Origin: Polaromonas sp.
GTDB lineage: Bacteria; Pseudomonadota; Gammaproteobacteria; Burkholderiales; Burkholderiaceae_C
Reading direction: 5' to 3'
NCBI GenBank assembly: GCA_043747295.1
Contig: JAYTPK010000168.1
Location: 9,121-73,120 of the forward strand
DNA: 64,000 bases
In this document: piece by piece, positions 18,542-28,595 of the stretch
How the letters are laid out: each line of letters starts with the position of its first letter
Numbering within the stretch: the first letter of the stretch is position 1
Notes under the pieces: model-generated
The model's input: only the letters and a program-made list of their open reading frames with translations
What the model was told of the DNA's origin: nothing
Databases searched by the model: none
Translations under genes and position numbers: made by a program

Positions 18542-18829
18542 ACAGCAAATCGCTTGCACGAGGCTGGGGAACGGCGCGCATGTTTGCAGAGATTTTCTCA
18601 GCGATAGATCCCGCCGCCCGACCAAGGTAAACAACGAACCAATGCATTACCAATGGGTAAGCTCAGCAACAGCAACGCGCTATGAATAACCTCACGCTTC
18701 TTTAAGATCAAAGTGGAATCCTCAGCGCTGCGGGCATGCCGCGATAGGGTACGAGCGTCGTGGTCAGCTTTTGAATATCGGTCAACAGCTCAATGCTCAT
18801 ATGGCCCAAATTGCGTGTAGAGTCGTGGC

Positions 18830-19918
18830 ATGACTTCACGCACACCCCTCCGCCCCAAATCCTCACGCTCTAAAAACATTGCCATCATTGGCGCAGGCTT
18901 AGCCGGCATCACGGCGGCGCGCACACACATGCAGGCGGGCCATCAAGTAACGGTGTTTGAAAAAAGCCGCAGCGTGGGTGGGCGCATGTCTACCCGGCGT
19001 ACTGAGTTTGGTAGCTTTGACCATGGCGCGCAGTACTTTACCGTGCGCGATGCGCGCTTTCGCACTTTGATGCAGTGGGCGCTAGCCACAGCACCTGATG
19101 TAGCCCGCCCATGGGCTGCTAACGCGGTGCGCGTGCTAGACGAAAGCGGCCGCAAAGCTGCAGCTGCCCTACCCACCAGCGAACCTCATTGGGTGGGCCA
19201 ACCGGGCATGAATTCACTGGCCGTGCACTGCGCAGGCCCACTGGCCGATGCTGGCCGACTGATGCTCAATACCCGCATCCACCGCATTACCCACACAGCC
19301 GCTGGCTGGCACCTCAACGCTGTGGACGCCAACGACCTGGACGCTGTTTACGGCGGCTTTGACCAAGTGATATTGGCCCTGCCCAGCATGCAGGCGCGTG
19401 AGATGCTGGTCAACTCTGAGCACCACGAGGCCTGGGCCAGCGCGCTGGCCAAAGTGGTGGTAGCCCCCTGCTGGACGCTCATGCTGGCCTACCCCAGCGC
19501 TGTAACCGTAGCCCCGCGCGCAGCCGCTGTACCCCTTGGTCCCCAGTGGAGCGCAGCGCGCAGCACCCACCACCGCGTAGCCTGGCTGGCACGTGAATCG
19601 TCCAAGCCTGGCCGCGACACCATCGAGCGCTGGACCGTACAAGCCAGCGCCGACTGGAGCCGCGAACACTTAGAAGACGACGCTGCACGCGTGAAAGCCA
19701 AACTACTCAAAGCCTTTGCCGAAATCACCGGCATCCGCGCCGAACCCGACTATGCCGAAGTACACCGCTGGCGCTTTGCTAAAACCGAAACGCCGTTAGG
19801 TAAAAACTACCTGTGGGACGCCAAAACCGGCCTAGGTATCTGCGGCGACTGGTGCATAGGCCACCGCGTTGAAGACGCTTTTATCAGCGGGTTAGAGCTG
19901 GCACTGGCTACTAAATAA
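18830..19918 (+). CDS. NAD(P)/FAD-dependent oxidoreductase (renalase/amine-oxidase-like)
   Basis: Dinucleotide-binding [15 protein letters not shown], then [16 protein letters not shown] and FDHGAQYFT. Confidence 0.8.
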   Translation: MTSRTPLRPKSSRSKNIAIIGAGLAGITAARTHMQAGHQVTVFEKSRSVGGRMSTRRTEFGSFDHGAQYFTVRDARFRTLMQWALATAPDVARPWAANAVRVLDESGRKAAAALPTSEPHWVGQPGMNSLAVHCAGPLADAGRLMLNTRIHRITHTAAGWHLNAVDANDLDAVYGGFDQVILALPSMQAREMLVNSEHHEAWASALAKVVVAPCWTLMLAYPSAVTVAPRAAAVPLGPQWSAARSTHHRVAWLARESSKPGRDTIERWTVQASADWSREHLEDDAARVKAKLLKAFAEITGIRAEPDYAEVHRWRFAKTETPLGKNYLWDAKTGLGICGDWCIGHRVEDAFISGLELALATK

Positions 19919-19928
19919 AGAACCTGGC

Positions 19929-20954
19929 TTGAGTGCCGCAGTCGAAGTGGCAAGCTTGCGAACCAGTTACGTCGGACGTTTTGCGCCCTCACCTACCGGG
20001 CCACTGCACGCAGGATCGCTGGTAGCGGCGCTGGCCAGCTGGCTTGATGCGCGTGCGCATGGCGGCCGCTGGCTAGTACGCATCGAAGACGTTGACACCC
20101 CCCGCTGCGTGCCCGGTGCTGACCACAATATGCTGCAGCAGCTAGCGCAGTGCGGTTTGGTCCCCGATGAGCCACCGGTGTACCAGTCGCAGCGCGGAGT
20201 ACATTACCAGGCCGCCCTAGACACTCTGAAACTGGCGCAATATGCCTACCCCTGCACTTGCTCGCGCAGTGATATTGAAGCCGTGTGGCAAGCCAGGGGC
20301 TTAGCCAAACCGCGCCATGGCGAGCTGATCTACCCGGGCACTTGTCGTCACAGTGCTGCGGCTGTTGATAACCTGCAACGTAGCCCTGCTTGGCGTTTTA
20401 AAACTGACTTTTCACAACAAAATCAGCCTGTAGTCCAAGTATCTGCTACTCAAGCAGCTATTAAAGATATAGCAAGCACACTTCAACCTTGCGCCGCAAT
20501 TGTAGATTGGACAGATCGCCGCTTGGGCCCGCAAACGCAATCGGTGGCCACCGCAGTGGGTGACTTTGTACTGCGCCGCGCTGACAGCCTGTGGGCGTAT
20601 CAGCTGGCTGTGGTGGTAGACGATGCGCTGCAAGGCGTTACCCACGTGGTGCGAGGTGAAGATTTAGCCGACAACACCGCACGGCAAATCTTGCTGCAGC
20701 ATGCGCTGGGCTACCCCACACCGCGGTACCTGCACACGCCACTGCAACTGGCAGCGGATGGACAAAAATTGTCTAAACAAAATGGTGCTCAGGCACTTCA
20801 ACTTGGCAGCACAGAGGCAGCGTCCAGCGCTTTAATACAGGCTGCAAAAGCACTAAAACTTAATCCAAATGGATACAGTTATGCCAATAAATCAAACTAT
20901 CTGGGACAATTGTTGCCTAATTTGTTGACACAATGGAAAACCATCTACTACTAA
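19929..20954 (+). CDS. gluQ: tRNA glutamyl-Q(34) synthetase
   Basis: [51 protein letters not shown] and KLSKQN match GluQRS. TTG start is uncertain. It carries an in-frame repeat-derived insert. Confidence 0.9.
   Translation: MSAAVEVASLRTSYVGRFAPSPTGPLHAGSLVAALASWLDARAHGGRWLVRIEDVDTPRCVPGADHNMLQQLAQCGLVPDEPPVYQSQRGVHYQAALDTLKLAQYAYPCTCSRSDIEAVWQARGLAKPRHGELIYPGTCRHSAAAVDNLQRSPAWRFKTDFSQQNQPVVQVSATQAAIKDIASTLQPCAAIVDWTDRRLGPQTQSVATAVGDFVLRRADSLWAYQLAVVVDDALQGVTHVVRGEDLADNTARQILLQHALGYPTPRYLHTPLQLAADGQKLSKQNGAQALQLGSTEAASSALIQAAKALKLNPNGYSYANKSNYLGQLLPNLLTQWKTIYY
20398..20477 (+). repeat. dispersed repeat family, copy 4, translated in frame inside gluQ
   Basis: AAAACTGACTTTTCACAACAAAATCAGCCTGTAGTCCAAGTATCTGCTACTCAAGCAGCTATTAAAGATATAGCAAGC encodes [26 protein letters not shown]. 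Confidence 0.75.
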
Positions 20955-21010
20955 AGTGAACACAACATTACAATGCTGGCACTGCCTAAGCAGTTATTTA
21001 AAACAGCCAA

Positions 21011-23497
21011 ATGAAACTACAACGCCGTCTAAGTCATCTACTCATTGTTTTTTTAGTAACAGGTGCACTATGGTCGACCTCAGCTTTTGCACAAACCTGC
21101 GCAGCACCAGGCAAAAACGGTCCCTGCAACGCTCTAACCGGCGTAGTTAACAGCTACCACGCAGGAGCAGCCGACACCACTGTGTCGGCTGGCGCTAGTC
21201 AAATCACACTAGCCTCTATTACGGGCCAACGAACTAGCAACCGCGCCTTGGAGATTGGCGACCAAGTGATAGTCATGCAAATGCAAGACTCTACAACGCC
21301 AGCCAATGCAGGCTTGCATGAATATGCCACGGTAATTGGCATTGCAGGAAACGTCATTACTTTAAACCGGGCTCTAACTAACGCCTATGCGCAGCAAGTC
21401 AACACCACGCCAACAGTGCGTACCTTTCAGGTGATCTACGTGCCCCAATGCTCCACGGCCACCATTGCGGCAGCCAGCACAGTGTCGGCAGACCGCTGGG
21501 ACATCAACGCCACAACGGGTGCAGGTACAGGTGGTGTCGTGGGCATCGACGTAGCGGGTAGTTTGGCGATTAACGGCACAATCACTGTAGCTGGAGCGGG
21601 TTTTCGCGGTGGGCCAGGCCGCAACGGCACAGGCAACCGCACAGGCGGGCTTTTCAGCGATGCTAACTATGCCTATGACTTAGCTGCCCCTAACGGTGCC
21701 ATCAAAGGTGAAGGTACTGGCGGCACGCCTTTACAGGTGTTCAATGGTACGGTAACCCCAGTCAGTTACGCAGCACTTATTGCCCAGGGGTACACCGCAG
21801 GATCAGGCGGTCAAGGCTCTATTGGCAATGCAGGAGGTGGCGGTAATGATGGCACCCCTGCGACAGGCAGCAACCAATTTAACAGCGGCGGCGGTGGCGG
21901 TGGTAATGGCGGCACGGGTGGCAAGGGCGGCTTTAGCTGGTCCGCGAGCAACGATGCTGGGGGTCGCGGAGGCAGTGTGGTCACAAACAACGCAACCCGT
22001 TTAGTACTGGGCGGCGGCGGCGGTGCTGGTAGCACTAACAACAACGGAAATGCAGATGCCATTACAGCATGGCCCCCCATAGTTAGCACAACCACGCGGC
22101 CGCTACCCACTGCAACGGGCACGGCCAACGGAGCCGACGGCCCCATCAGCTCCAGCGGTGCGTCCGGCGGAGGTGTGGTGTTGATACGTGCTGGCACACT
22201 GGCAGCTAGCACAGGCCGCGTGATTGCCGATGGTTATACGGCGCACAATAATTCTGGTGGCTCCGAGGCGGCTGGTGGTGGCGGTGCAGGCGGTAGTATT
22301 TTTATTAGCGCATTAAGCGGCAATGGCGCTGGCTTAACCCTGAGCGCTTCCGGTGGCGGCGGTGGCTACTCTAACTATTATGACCACGGGCCCGGCGGCG
22401 GCGGCGGCGGCGGCTATGTTGAAACTTCATTAAGCGCAGCGACTATTGCCGTGCTGGGTGGTACCAATGGCTACGACGGCTGTTGTGCAGGAGGAGCAGG
22501 CAACGGTAGTCCCAAAACCTACAACGCTGCACCAGGCGTGGGTGCAGTTAGCCTATTTCCGACAGGTATACCTACAGGTAACAGCGCTGGCGCGCAGTGT
22601 TTACCTGTTTTAACGGTGACTAAATCTACCACCACGCCTGTTCTTACACTGCCTAGCCAAACTACGGCCCAATATTTGATCACGGTGCGCAACGCGACGA
22701 CAGCGGGCACAGCTTACGGTGTGGCTCTGTCCGACGCATTGCCAGTACCCTTTGGCCTGCAAACGGTAACCCAATTGGGCACTACGACCATAAGCGGCAC
22801 GAGCACCACGGGCCCGAGCCCCACTACCCCAAACCAATCGGGCAGCACGCCCACTGCGGTGTTTGGTGTAGCAGGCAGTGCCAATAACCCCGCCACACCG
22901 TCGTTCACCATAGCACCCGGGGGTTCGGTCACATTGACTTTTATTGTCAACGTCAACACCACTACGCTAGCAACCTTTCAAAACAGCGCCAGCGCCACCT
23001 TTACCGATCCCACCCGCACCACGGGCGGCCCGGCCATAGGCTCAGCCACCATCAACCCAGCGGTATCCCCTGGCGGTACCTTCGCCAGTGGCGCAGCGGT
23101 GGGTGGCACTAACTACGCCAGCGGTTCATCTGCGGTAGATGACGTGCGGCTAGTAGCAACCACCACTCTCACAGTCACCAAAACAGACGGTACCGCCACG
23201 CTGATAGCTGGCAGCACCACAGCCTACACCGTGACCTTCAGCAACACAGGCGGTTTTGCGGCCAATAACGCCATCATTAAAGACATCCCTAGTGCAGGCC
23301 TTACCTGCACCACGGTGACCTGCGTTTCCACCACGGGCAGCGCCAGTTGCCCAGTAGGCCTTACATTGGGTACACCCACACCTGTGGCTAGCGTACCTAA
23401 TTTATTTAATACTACAGGCATCGCTATCACCACTTTCCCACCAGCCAGCAGTGTTAATTTAGTGGTGAGCTGCAATGTGACGGCCACTGGCCAATAA
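21011..23497 (+). CDS. secreted glycine-rich repeat protein with C-terminal DUF11-type repeat domains
   Basis: Signal peptide ends in SAFAQ. Central poly-Gly blocks (SGGGGGGNGGTGGKGG, GPGGGGGGGY). Two LTVTK... DUF11-like modules. No enzymatic motif recognised. Confidence 0.7.
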   Translation: MKLQRRLSHLLIVFLVTGALWSTSAFAQTCAAPGKNGPCNALTGVVNSYHAGAADTTVSAGASQITLASITGQRTSNRALEIGDQVIVMQMQDSTTPANAGLHEYATVIGIAGNVITLNRALTNAYAQQVNTTPTVRTFQVIYVPQCSTATIAAASTVSADRWDINATTGAGTGGVVGIDVAGSLAINGTITVAGAGFRGGPGRNGTGNRTGGLFSDANYAYDLAAPNGAIKGEGTGGTPLQVFNGTVTPVSYAALIAQGYTAGSGGQGSIGNAGGGGNDGTPATGSNQFNSGGGGGGNGGTGGKGGFSWSASNDAGGRGGSVVTNNATRLVLGGGGGAGSTNNNGNADAITAWPPIVSTTTRPLPTATGTANGADGPISSSGASGGGVVLIRAGTLAASTGRVIADGYTAHNNSGGSEAAGGGGAGGSIFISALSGNGAGLTLSASGGGGGYSNYYDHGPGGGGGGGYVETSLSAATIAVLGGTNGYDGCCAGGAGNGSPKTYNAAPGVGAVSLFPTGIPTGNSAGAQCLPVLTVTKSTTTPVLTLPSQTTAQYLITVRNATTAGTAYGVALSDALPVPFGLQTVTQLGTTTISGTSTTGPSPTTPNQSGSTPTAVFGVAGSANNPATPSFTIAPGGSVTLTFIVNVNTTTLATFQNSASATFTDPTRTTGGPAIGSATINPAVSPGGTFASGAAVGGTNYASGSSAVDDVRLVATTTLTVTKTDGTATLIAGSTTAYTVTFSNTGGFAANNAIIKDIPSAGLTCTTVTCVSTTGSASCPVGLTLGTPTPVASVPNLFNTTGIAITTFPPASSVNLVVSCNVTATGQ

Positions 23498-23577
23498 AAC
23501 ACGCCTCTGCAACACGATAGCGCTTGGCTAACCAAGCCAGCCAGCGCGTGCTCTGTGCCCTCTACAATCGAGGGCGT

Positions 23578-24399
23578 ATGAGCGATATTTCTCCCCTTCC
23601 CCCAGCCACTGTACCTGCAGCAGCAGACACCGCAGTACCCACCACCCCGCATCCCAAAGCCCGCCCCATTCGCAGCTTTGTGCTGCGCACCGGCCGCACC
23701 ACCGTAGGCCAAGCCAAAGCACTGGAGGATTTGGGCCCTCAATATTTGCTGCCGTATCAATCAAACGCTATAGATTTAATAGCTGTACAAGCAGTAAATA
23801 CTTGGACTACTGGCCAAAATGCTACTCAAACCATCCTAGAAATCGGTTTTGGCATGGGCGAAGCCACAGCACACATTGCCAAGCTGCTGCCGCAAGCTTT
23901 GTACTTGGCCTGTGAGGTGCATCCACCCGGTGTGGGCGCGTTGCTCAAGCGTATTGGTGATGAAGGCATTGGCAATATTCGCATCATTCAGCACGATGCC
24001 GTGCAAGTGCTAGAGCACATGCTGGCGCCAGACAGCCTAGACGCAGTGCACATTTTCTTCCCCGACCCTTGGCATAAAAAACGCCACAATAAACGCCGCT
24101 TGATCCAAGCGCCCTTGGTCAAATTGCTAGCCTCACGCATTAAGCCTGGCGGCTATATCCACTGCGCTACCGACTGGGAAAACTACGCCGAGCAAATCTT
24201 GCAAGTGCTGACCGATGAGCCGCTGCTCTCCAACACGGTGCCCGGCACACCAGCCACTGGCACCGCACCTGCTACTGGCTATGCACCCAAGCCGGATTAC
24301 CGACCGCTGACGAAATTTGAAAACAGGGGTATTAAGCTAGGCCACGGAGTATGGGATCTGGTGTTTAGACGCAACATGGCGCACAGTTCAGGTGCATAG
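23578..24399 (+). CDS. trmB: tRNA (guanine-N7)-methyltransferase
   Basis: ILEIGFGMGEATAHIA, FFPDPWHKKRHNKRRL and ATDWENYAE are TrmB motifs. ATG at 23578 within ORF 23524..24399. Confidence 0.9.
   Translation: MSDISPLPPATVPAAADTAVPTTPHPKARPIRSFVLRTGRTTVGQAKALEDLGPQYLLPYQSNAIDLIAVQAVNTWTTGQNATQTILEIGFGMGEATAHIAKLLPQALYLACEVHPPGVGALLKRIGDEGIGNIRIIQHDAVQVLEHMLAPDSLDAVHIFFPDPWHKKRHNKRRLIQAPLVKLLASRIKPGGYIHCATDWENYAEQILQVLTDEPLLSNTVPGTPATGTAPATGYAPKPDYRPLTKFENRGIKLGHGVWDLVFRRNMAHSSGA
23768..23827 (-). repeat. dispersed repeat family, copy 5, translated in frame inside trmB
   Basis: CTATAGATTTAATAGCTGTACAAGCAGTAAATACTTGGACTACTGGCCAAAATGCTACTC encodes AIDLIAVQAVNTWTTGQNAT. Confidence 0.75.
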
Positions 24400-24428
24400 C
24401 TAGATGCATAAGGCATTAAAATAACACC

Positions 24429-25346
24429 ATGCTTTACTTGAACAATCTCTTGTCCACTATCGCTGTGGGCATATTGATTGCGTCCATCATCGAGGCTTTC
24501 GTGTTGACCTGGCGCAAACCCGGCACCTACGACTGGGCTAGCATGGGTGTTTCGGTGTGCGACATGGTCATTCGCAACATACTGCGCTTTTTTCTACCGG
24601 CCACCTTTGTTATCACTGTTTCTGATTGGCTGTGGGAGCACCGCATCGCCACCATACCGCTGGACAATATTGCCAGCTTCTTTGTGCTGTTTATGGGCCA
24701 AGAGTTTTGCTATTACTGGTACCACCGCGCAGGCCACCGCGTGCGTTGGTTCTGGCTAAGCCACGGCATTCACCATTCGTCCAACACACTTAACCTAGCC
24801 GCCGCCTACCGCCTTAGCTGGACGGCAGGCTACACCGGCGTGATCTTATTTTTTATGCCTTTGGTGTGGCTAGGCTTTCCAGTCAAAGTGGTGTTGTCCT
24901 GCCTAGCGCTTAATTTGTTTTACCAGTTCTGGTTGCATGCAACTTGGGTTCCACGCCTAGGCTGGCTCGAAGGCATCATCAACACACCCTCATCGCACCG
25001 CGTGCACCACGCCAGTAATGTGCAGTACCTAGACGGCAACTACGGCGGAGTGTTGATCGTGTTTGACCGCATGTTTGGCACCTACATTCCCGAGAGCAAA
25101 GCCGTTGACATCACCTACGGCTGGGTCGAACCGATACGCACGCTCAACGTGTTCAAGCTGCAGGCCACGCCTTGGATACAGCTGTTTAACGACCTGCGCG
25201 CTGCACGCTCAGCGCACGAGGTAGTGGGGTTGCTGTGCAAGCCACCCGGTTGGCGTGCTGATGGTCTAGGCAACACGACAGACAATCTGCGCCACGGCAG
25301 CGTGCAAATCGCACCGTCAGTAGCCACGACAGTTACGGACAAATAA
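24429..25346 (+). CDS. sterol desaturase / fatty acid hydroxylase family membrane protein
   Basis: Histidine boxes HRAGH, HGIHH and HRVHH in a multi-TM protein. Confidence 0.85.
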   Translation: MLYLNNLLSTIAVGILIASIIEAFVLTWRKPGTYDWASMGVSVCDMVIRNILRFFLPATFVITVSDWLWEHRIATIPLDNIASFFVLFMGQEFCYYWYHRAGHRVRWFWLSHGIHHSSNTLNLAAAYRLSWTAGYTGVILFFMPLVWLGFPVKVVLSCLALNLFYQFWLHATWVPRLGWLEGIINTPSSHRVHHASNVQYLDGNYGGVLIVFDRMFGTYIPESKAVDITYGWVEPIRTLNVFKLQATPWIQLFNDLRAARSAHEVVGLLCKPPGWRADGLGNTTDNLRHGSVQIAPSVATTVTDK

Positions 25347-25388
25347 ACCGTAAGCTAGCGAATATCTCGCGCATGTGGTCCCATTGGC

Positions 25389-25730
25389 TTAGCGCCTGCG
25401 TGCGGGCTTGACGCTGTTGTCGTAGTACTCGGGTGCTTTCTTTTGCACCCACACTATAAAACTGCCGATCTCAGGGTGCGCCTGCAATGCGGGCCATGTA
25501 GCGAAGCCGCGTGCAAGTTCTTTCTCACTGAAGGTTGCATGAATTTTGCGGTGGCATATGCGGTGTACCGTGCTGGTGTCGCGCCCGCCTTGACTTTTGG
25601 GCACCAAGTGGTGCTCATCGACACTGCGCCCAGCCACCAATAATCTGCCACACAAGGGGCAGCTGCCCAAAGCCTGCGCAACATATTGCGGTGCTAAATC
25701 TGCGTTACGCAGACTACGTTTTGCAACCAT
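25389..25730 (-). CDS. small stand-alone HNH endonuclease
   Basis: CPLCG...DEHHLVPKSQGG...HRICHRKIH is the HNH/zinc-finger signature. 113 aa. Confidence 0.8.
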   Translation of the reverse strand: MVAKRSLRNADLAPQYVAQALGSCPLCGRLLVAGRSVDEHHLVPKSQGGRDTSTVHRICHRKIHATFSEKELARGFATWPALQAHPEIGSFIVWVQKKAPEYYDNSVKPARRR

Positions 25731-25773
25731 GGTTTAAAAAAATGAAATCAGACACTGCGGCTTCATGCAGACC

Positions 25774-25851
25774 AAAAAGTAGCACTTTTACCCATCATAT
25801 TGGCCTATAGTCCAAGTATTTATTGCTTATATAGCTATGCAATTAATAGCG
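25774..25851 (+). repeat. dispersed repeat family, copy 6 (abuts the alaS stop)
   Basis: AAAAAGTAGCACTTTTACCCATCATATTGGCCTATAGTCCAAGTATTTATTGCTTATATAGCTATGCAATTAATAGC. Confidence 0.85.
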
Positions 25852-25853
25852 CA

Positions 25854-28529
25854 TTAAATACGCTCGGTGACCCACGCTTGCACACTGGCCAGCGCCGCAG
25901 CCAGCTTGGCGGGCTCTGTGCCGCCGGCCATGGCCATGTCGGGCTTGCCGCCACCTTTGCCGCCCACTTGGCTGGCTACAAAATTGGCCAAATCACCAGC
26001 TTTCACTTTGCCAATGGTGTCAGCCGTTACGCCCGCAGCAATTTGCACTTTGTCGCCGTCCACGGCGGCCAAAACGATCACAGCGGTTTTCAGCTTGTCT
26101 TTCAGCTTGTCCATCGTGTCGCGCAGGGTTTTGGCCGCGTCAGCCCCCGAACCTACGCCCTCCAGCTTCACAGCCACCAGCTTGATGCCTTTGATGTCTG
26201 CAGCCCCTTCAGACAGCGAGTCGCCTTGGCTTGACGCCAGCTTGCCTTTGGCAGCGGACAGTTCTTTCTCCAGCGCCTTCATGTCAGCCTGCATTTGCGC
26301 AATGCGTGCTGACAGCTCGGCAGGCTGGGTTTTCAGGGCTGCGGCGGCGGTATTGACCGTGGCTTCTAGATTTTGCACGTACTCCACAGCGCCAATGCCG
26401 GTCACCGCTTCAATGCGGCGCACACCAGCGGCCACGCCGCTTTCGGCCACGATTTTGAACAGGCCAATATCACCCGTGCGCTGCACATGCGTACCGCCGC
26501 ACAGCTCTTTGGACGAGCCAATCGACAGCACACGCACCTCGTCGCCGTACTTCTCGCCAAACAGCATCATCGCGCCGGTTTTCTTAGCCTCTTCAATCGG
26601 CATGACCTGCGCGCTGGTGACCGCGTTGGCCAAAATTTCGGCGTTGACTTGGGTTTCAATTGCCACAATCTGCGCATCAGTCACTGGCGCATTGTGTGTA
26701 AAGTCAAAACGCGTGCGGTCTGCGGTCACCAAGCTGCCTTTTTGCTGCACATGGCTGCCTAACACTTCACTCAGGGCCTTGTGCATCAAATGGGTGGCGC
26801 TGTGGTTACGCACGGTGCGGTTACGCGCCTCGGCGTTAACCTTGGCCTTGATAGCATCGCCCACTTTGATGGTGCCACTGTGCATCTCGCCATGGTGGCC
26901 AAACACATCGGTTTTGATCTTTTGCGTGTCTAGTGCGGCAAAAATAGCGTCGCCCGTGCCAAATAGCAGGCCCTCGTCACCTGCTTGGCCGCCGCTTTCG
27001 GCATAAAACGGTGTCACATCTAACACCACAACACCTTGTTGACCTTTTGTAAGCTGCTGCACGGGTGCGCCATCGGCATATAAAGCCACCACTTTTGCCG
27101 CGCCCTCTAGCGTGGTGTATCCCGTAAATGTATTGGATTGGCCAGCGTAGTCTAGCGCTTTGTCCATCTTGAACTTGCCTGCAGCGCGGGCTTGGTTTTT
27201 TTGCTTTTCCATGGCGATGTTAAAGCCAGCTTCGTCCACACTCAGGTCACGCTCGCGGCATACGTCAGCGCTCAGGTCGAGCGGAAAACCATAGGTGTCG
27301 TGCAGCTTGAAAGCTACATCGCCCGGCAAGGTTTGCACTTTGGCTTTACCCGTGGCTGCGTCGTAGCCCAAAGCAGAATCTAAAATCTCCATGCCAGTGG
27401 CTAGCGTTTCAAAAAACCGCTCTTCTTCAACTTTTAAAACATCCATCACCCGCGCAGCGTCGCTCTTCAAACGCGGATACGCATCGCCCATCATGCGCAC
27501 CAGGTCGGGCACCAGCTTGTGGAAAAACGGAGTCTTTTTGCCCAGCTTGTAGCCGTGGCGAATGGCGCGGCGGATGATGCGGCGCTGCACGTAGCCGCGC
27601 CCTTCGTTGCTAGGCACCACGCCGTCGCTGACCAAAAACGCGGTAGCGCGGATGTGGTCTGCAATCACGCGCAGGCTTTTGTTGTTCAGGTCGGTCACGC
27701 CGGTTTCGCGGCCAGCGGCTTTGATCAGCTGGTCAAAAATGTCGATTTCGTAGTTGCTGTGAACATGTTGAAGAATGGCGGCAAGGCGCTCTAGGCCCAT
27801 ACCGGTATCAACGCAAGGCGCGGGCAGTTTGTTCAGCGAGCCATCGCTCTGCATGTCAAACTGCATGAACACGTGGTTCCAAATCTCGATAAAACGGTCG
27901 CCATCCTCACCCGGGCTGCCCGGTGGGCCACCGGGGATGTGCGGGCCGTGGTCATAAAAAATCTCGCTGCACGGGCCGCACGGCCCGGTGTCTGCCATCA
28001 TCCAAAAGTTATCGGACGCGTATTTTTTGCCTTTGTTGTCGCCAATGCGGATCACACGCTCTGGTGGCAGACCGATTTCTTTAGTCCAAATGTCATAAGC
28101 TTCGTCGTCGTCAATGTAAATCGTGGCCGTCAGCTTCTCAGGCGGCAGCTTGTAAACCTGGGTCAACAGCTCCCAGCCCCATTTGAGTGAGTCGCGCTTA
28201 AAGTAGTCACCAAAGCTCCAGTTGCCCAACATCTCAAAAAACGTGTGGTGGCGTGCGGTGTAGCCTACATTTTCTAGGTCGTTGTGTTTGCCGCCTGCGC
28301 GCAGGCAGGCCTGTACGCTGGCTGCGCGCACATACGAGCGCTTGTCAGCGCCCAAAAACACGTCTTTAAACTGCACCATGCCGCTGTTGGTAAACATCAG
28401 CGTGGGGTCGTTGCCAGGCACCAGTGGGCTGGATTCGACCACGGTATGGCCTTTGGTGGCGTAAAAATCGAGAAAAGACTTGCGAATGTCTGCGACGGAG
28501 AATTTGGGGGAAGAGCTAGCTTGTGTCAT
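25854..28529 (-). CDS. alaS: alanine--tRNA ligase
   Basis: [35 protein letters not shown] and the editing and C-Ala domains are present. 891 aa. Confidence 0.97.
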   Translation of the reverse strand: MTQASSSPKFSVADIRKSFLDFYATKGHTVVESSPLVPGNDPTLMFTNSGMVQFKDVFLGADKRSYVRAASVQACLRAGGKHNDLENVGYTARHHTFFEMLGNWSFGDYFKRDSLKWGWELLTQVYKLPPEKLTATIYIDDDEAYDIWTKEIGLPPERVIRIGDNKGKKYASDNFWMMADTGPCGPCSEIFYDHGPHIPGGPPGSPGEDGDRFIEIWNHVFMQFDMQSDGSLNKLPAPCVDTGMGLERLAAILQHVHSNYEIDIFDQLIKAAGRETGVTDLNNKSLRVIADHIRATAFLVSDGVVPSNEGRGYVQRRIIRRAIRHGYKLGKKTPFFHKLVPDLVRMMGDAYPRLKSDAARVMDVLKVEEERFFETLATGMEILDSALGYDAATGKAKVQTLPGDVAFKLHDTYGFPLDLSADVCRERDLSVDEAGFNIAMEKQKNQARAAGKFKMDKALDYAGQSNTFTGYTTLEGAAKVVALYADGAPVQQLTKGQQGVVVLDVTPFYAESGGQAGDEGLLFGTGDAIFAALDTQKIKTDVFGHHGEMHSGTIKVGDAIKAKVNAEARNRTVRNHSATHLMHKALSEVLGSHVQQKGSLVTADRTRFDFTHNAPVTDAQIVAIETQVNAEILANAVTSAQVMPIEEAKKTGAMMLFGEKYGDEVRVLSIGSSKELCGGTHVQRTGDIGLFKIVAESGVAAGVRRIEAVTGIGAVEYVQNLEATVNTAAAALKTQPAELSARIAQMQADMKALEKELSAAKGKLASSQGDSLSEGAADIKGIKLVAVKLEGVGSGADAAKTLRDTMDKLKDKLKTAVIVLAAVDGDKVQIAAGVTADTIGKVKAGDLANFVASQVGGKGGGKPDMAMAGGTEPAKLAAALASVQAWVTERI

Positions 28530-28595
28530 ATAGGGCTATTTTAAGGCCCTTCACACAGCTACTTAGCCCGTGCAGGGGCAATTAAACAGCGCACC

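Noticed and set aside
18309-18653. 114-aa ORF in the gbsR-oxidoreductase gap
   Set aside because: Its C-terminal third is a read-through of repeat copy 3 (LLVQVFITQTAMKSIV). It has a TTG start and no RBS, and upstream in-frame stops suggest at best a decayed remnant.
21780-22212. Pro-rich and Ala-rich ORFs on both strands inside the glycine-rich protein gene
   Set aside because: These are alternative-frame and antisense readings of GGC/GGT-rich repeats. The long signal-peptide-bearing frame explains the region.
25389-25730. Stand-alone HNH endonuclease as part of a defence or mobile system
   Set aside because: No partner genes (methylase, helicase, terminase, intron/intein context) flank it. 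The neighbours are a sterol-desaturase-like gene and alaS. Small conserved HNH proteins of this type are common chromosomal genes.
25867-27006. 379-aa ORF on the plus strand
   Set aside because: It is entirely antisense to alaS, which is unambiguous. Its composition is Ala/Ser/Pro/Thr-rich and low-complexity, typical of shadow ORFs in GC-rich genes.
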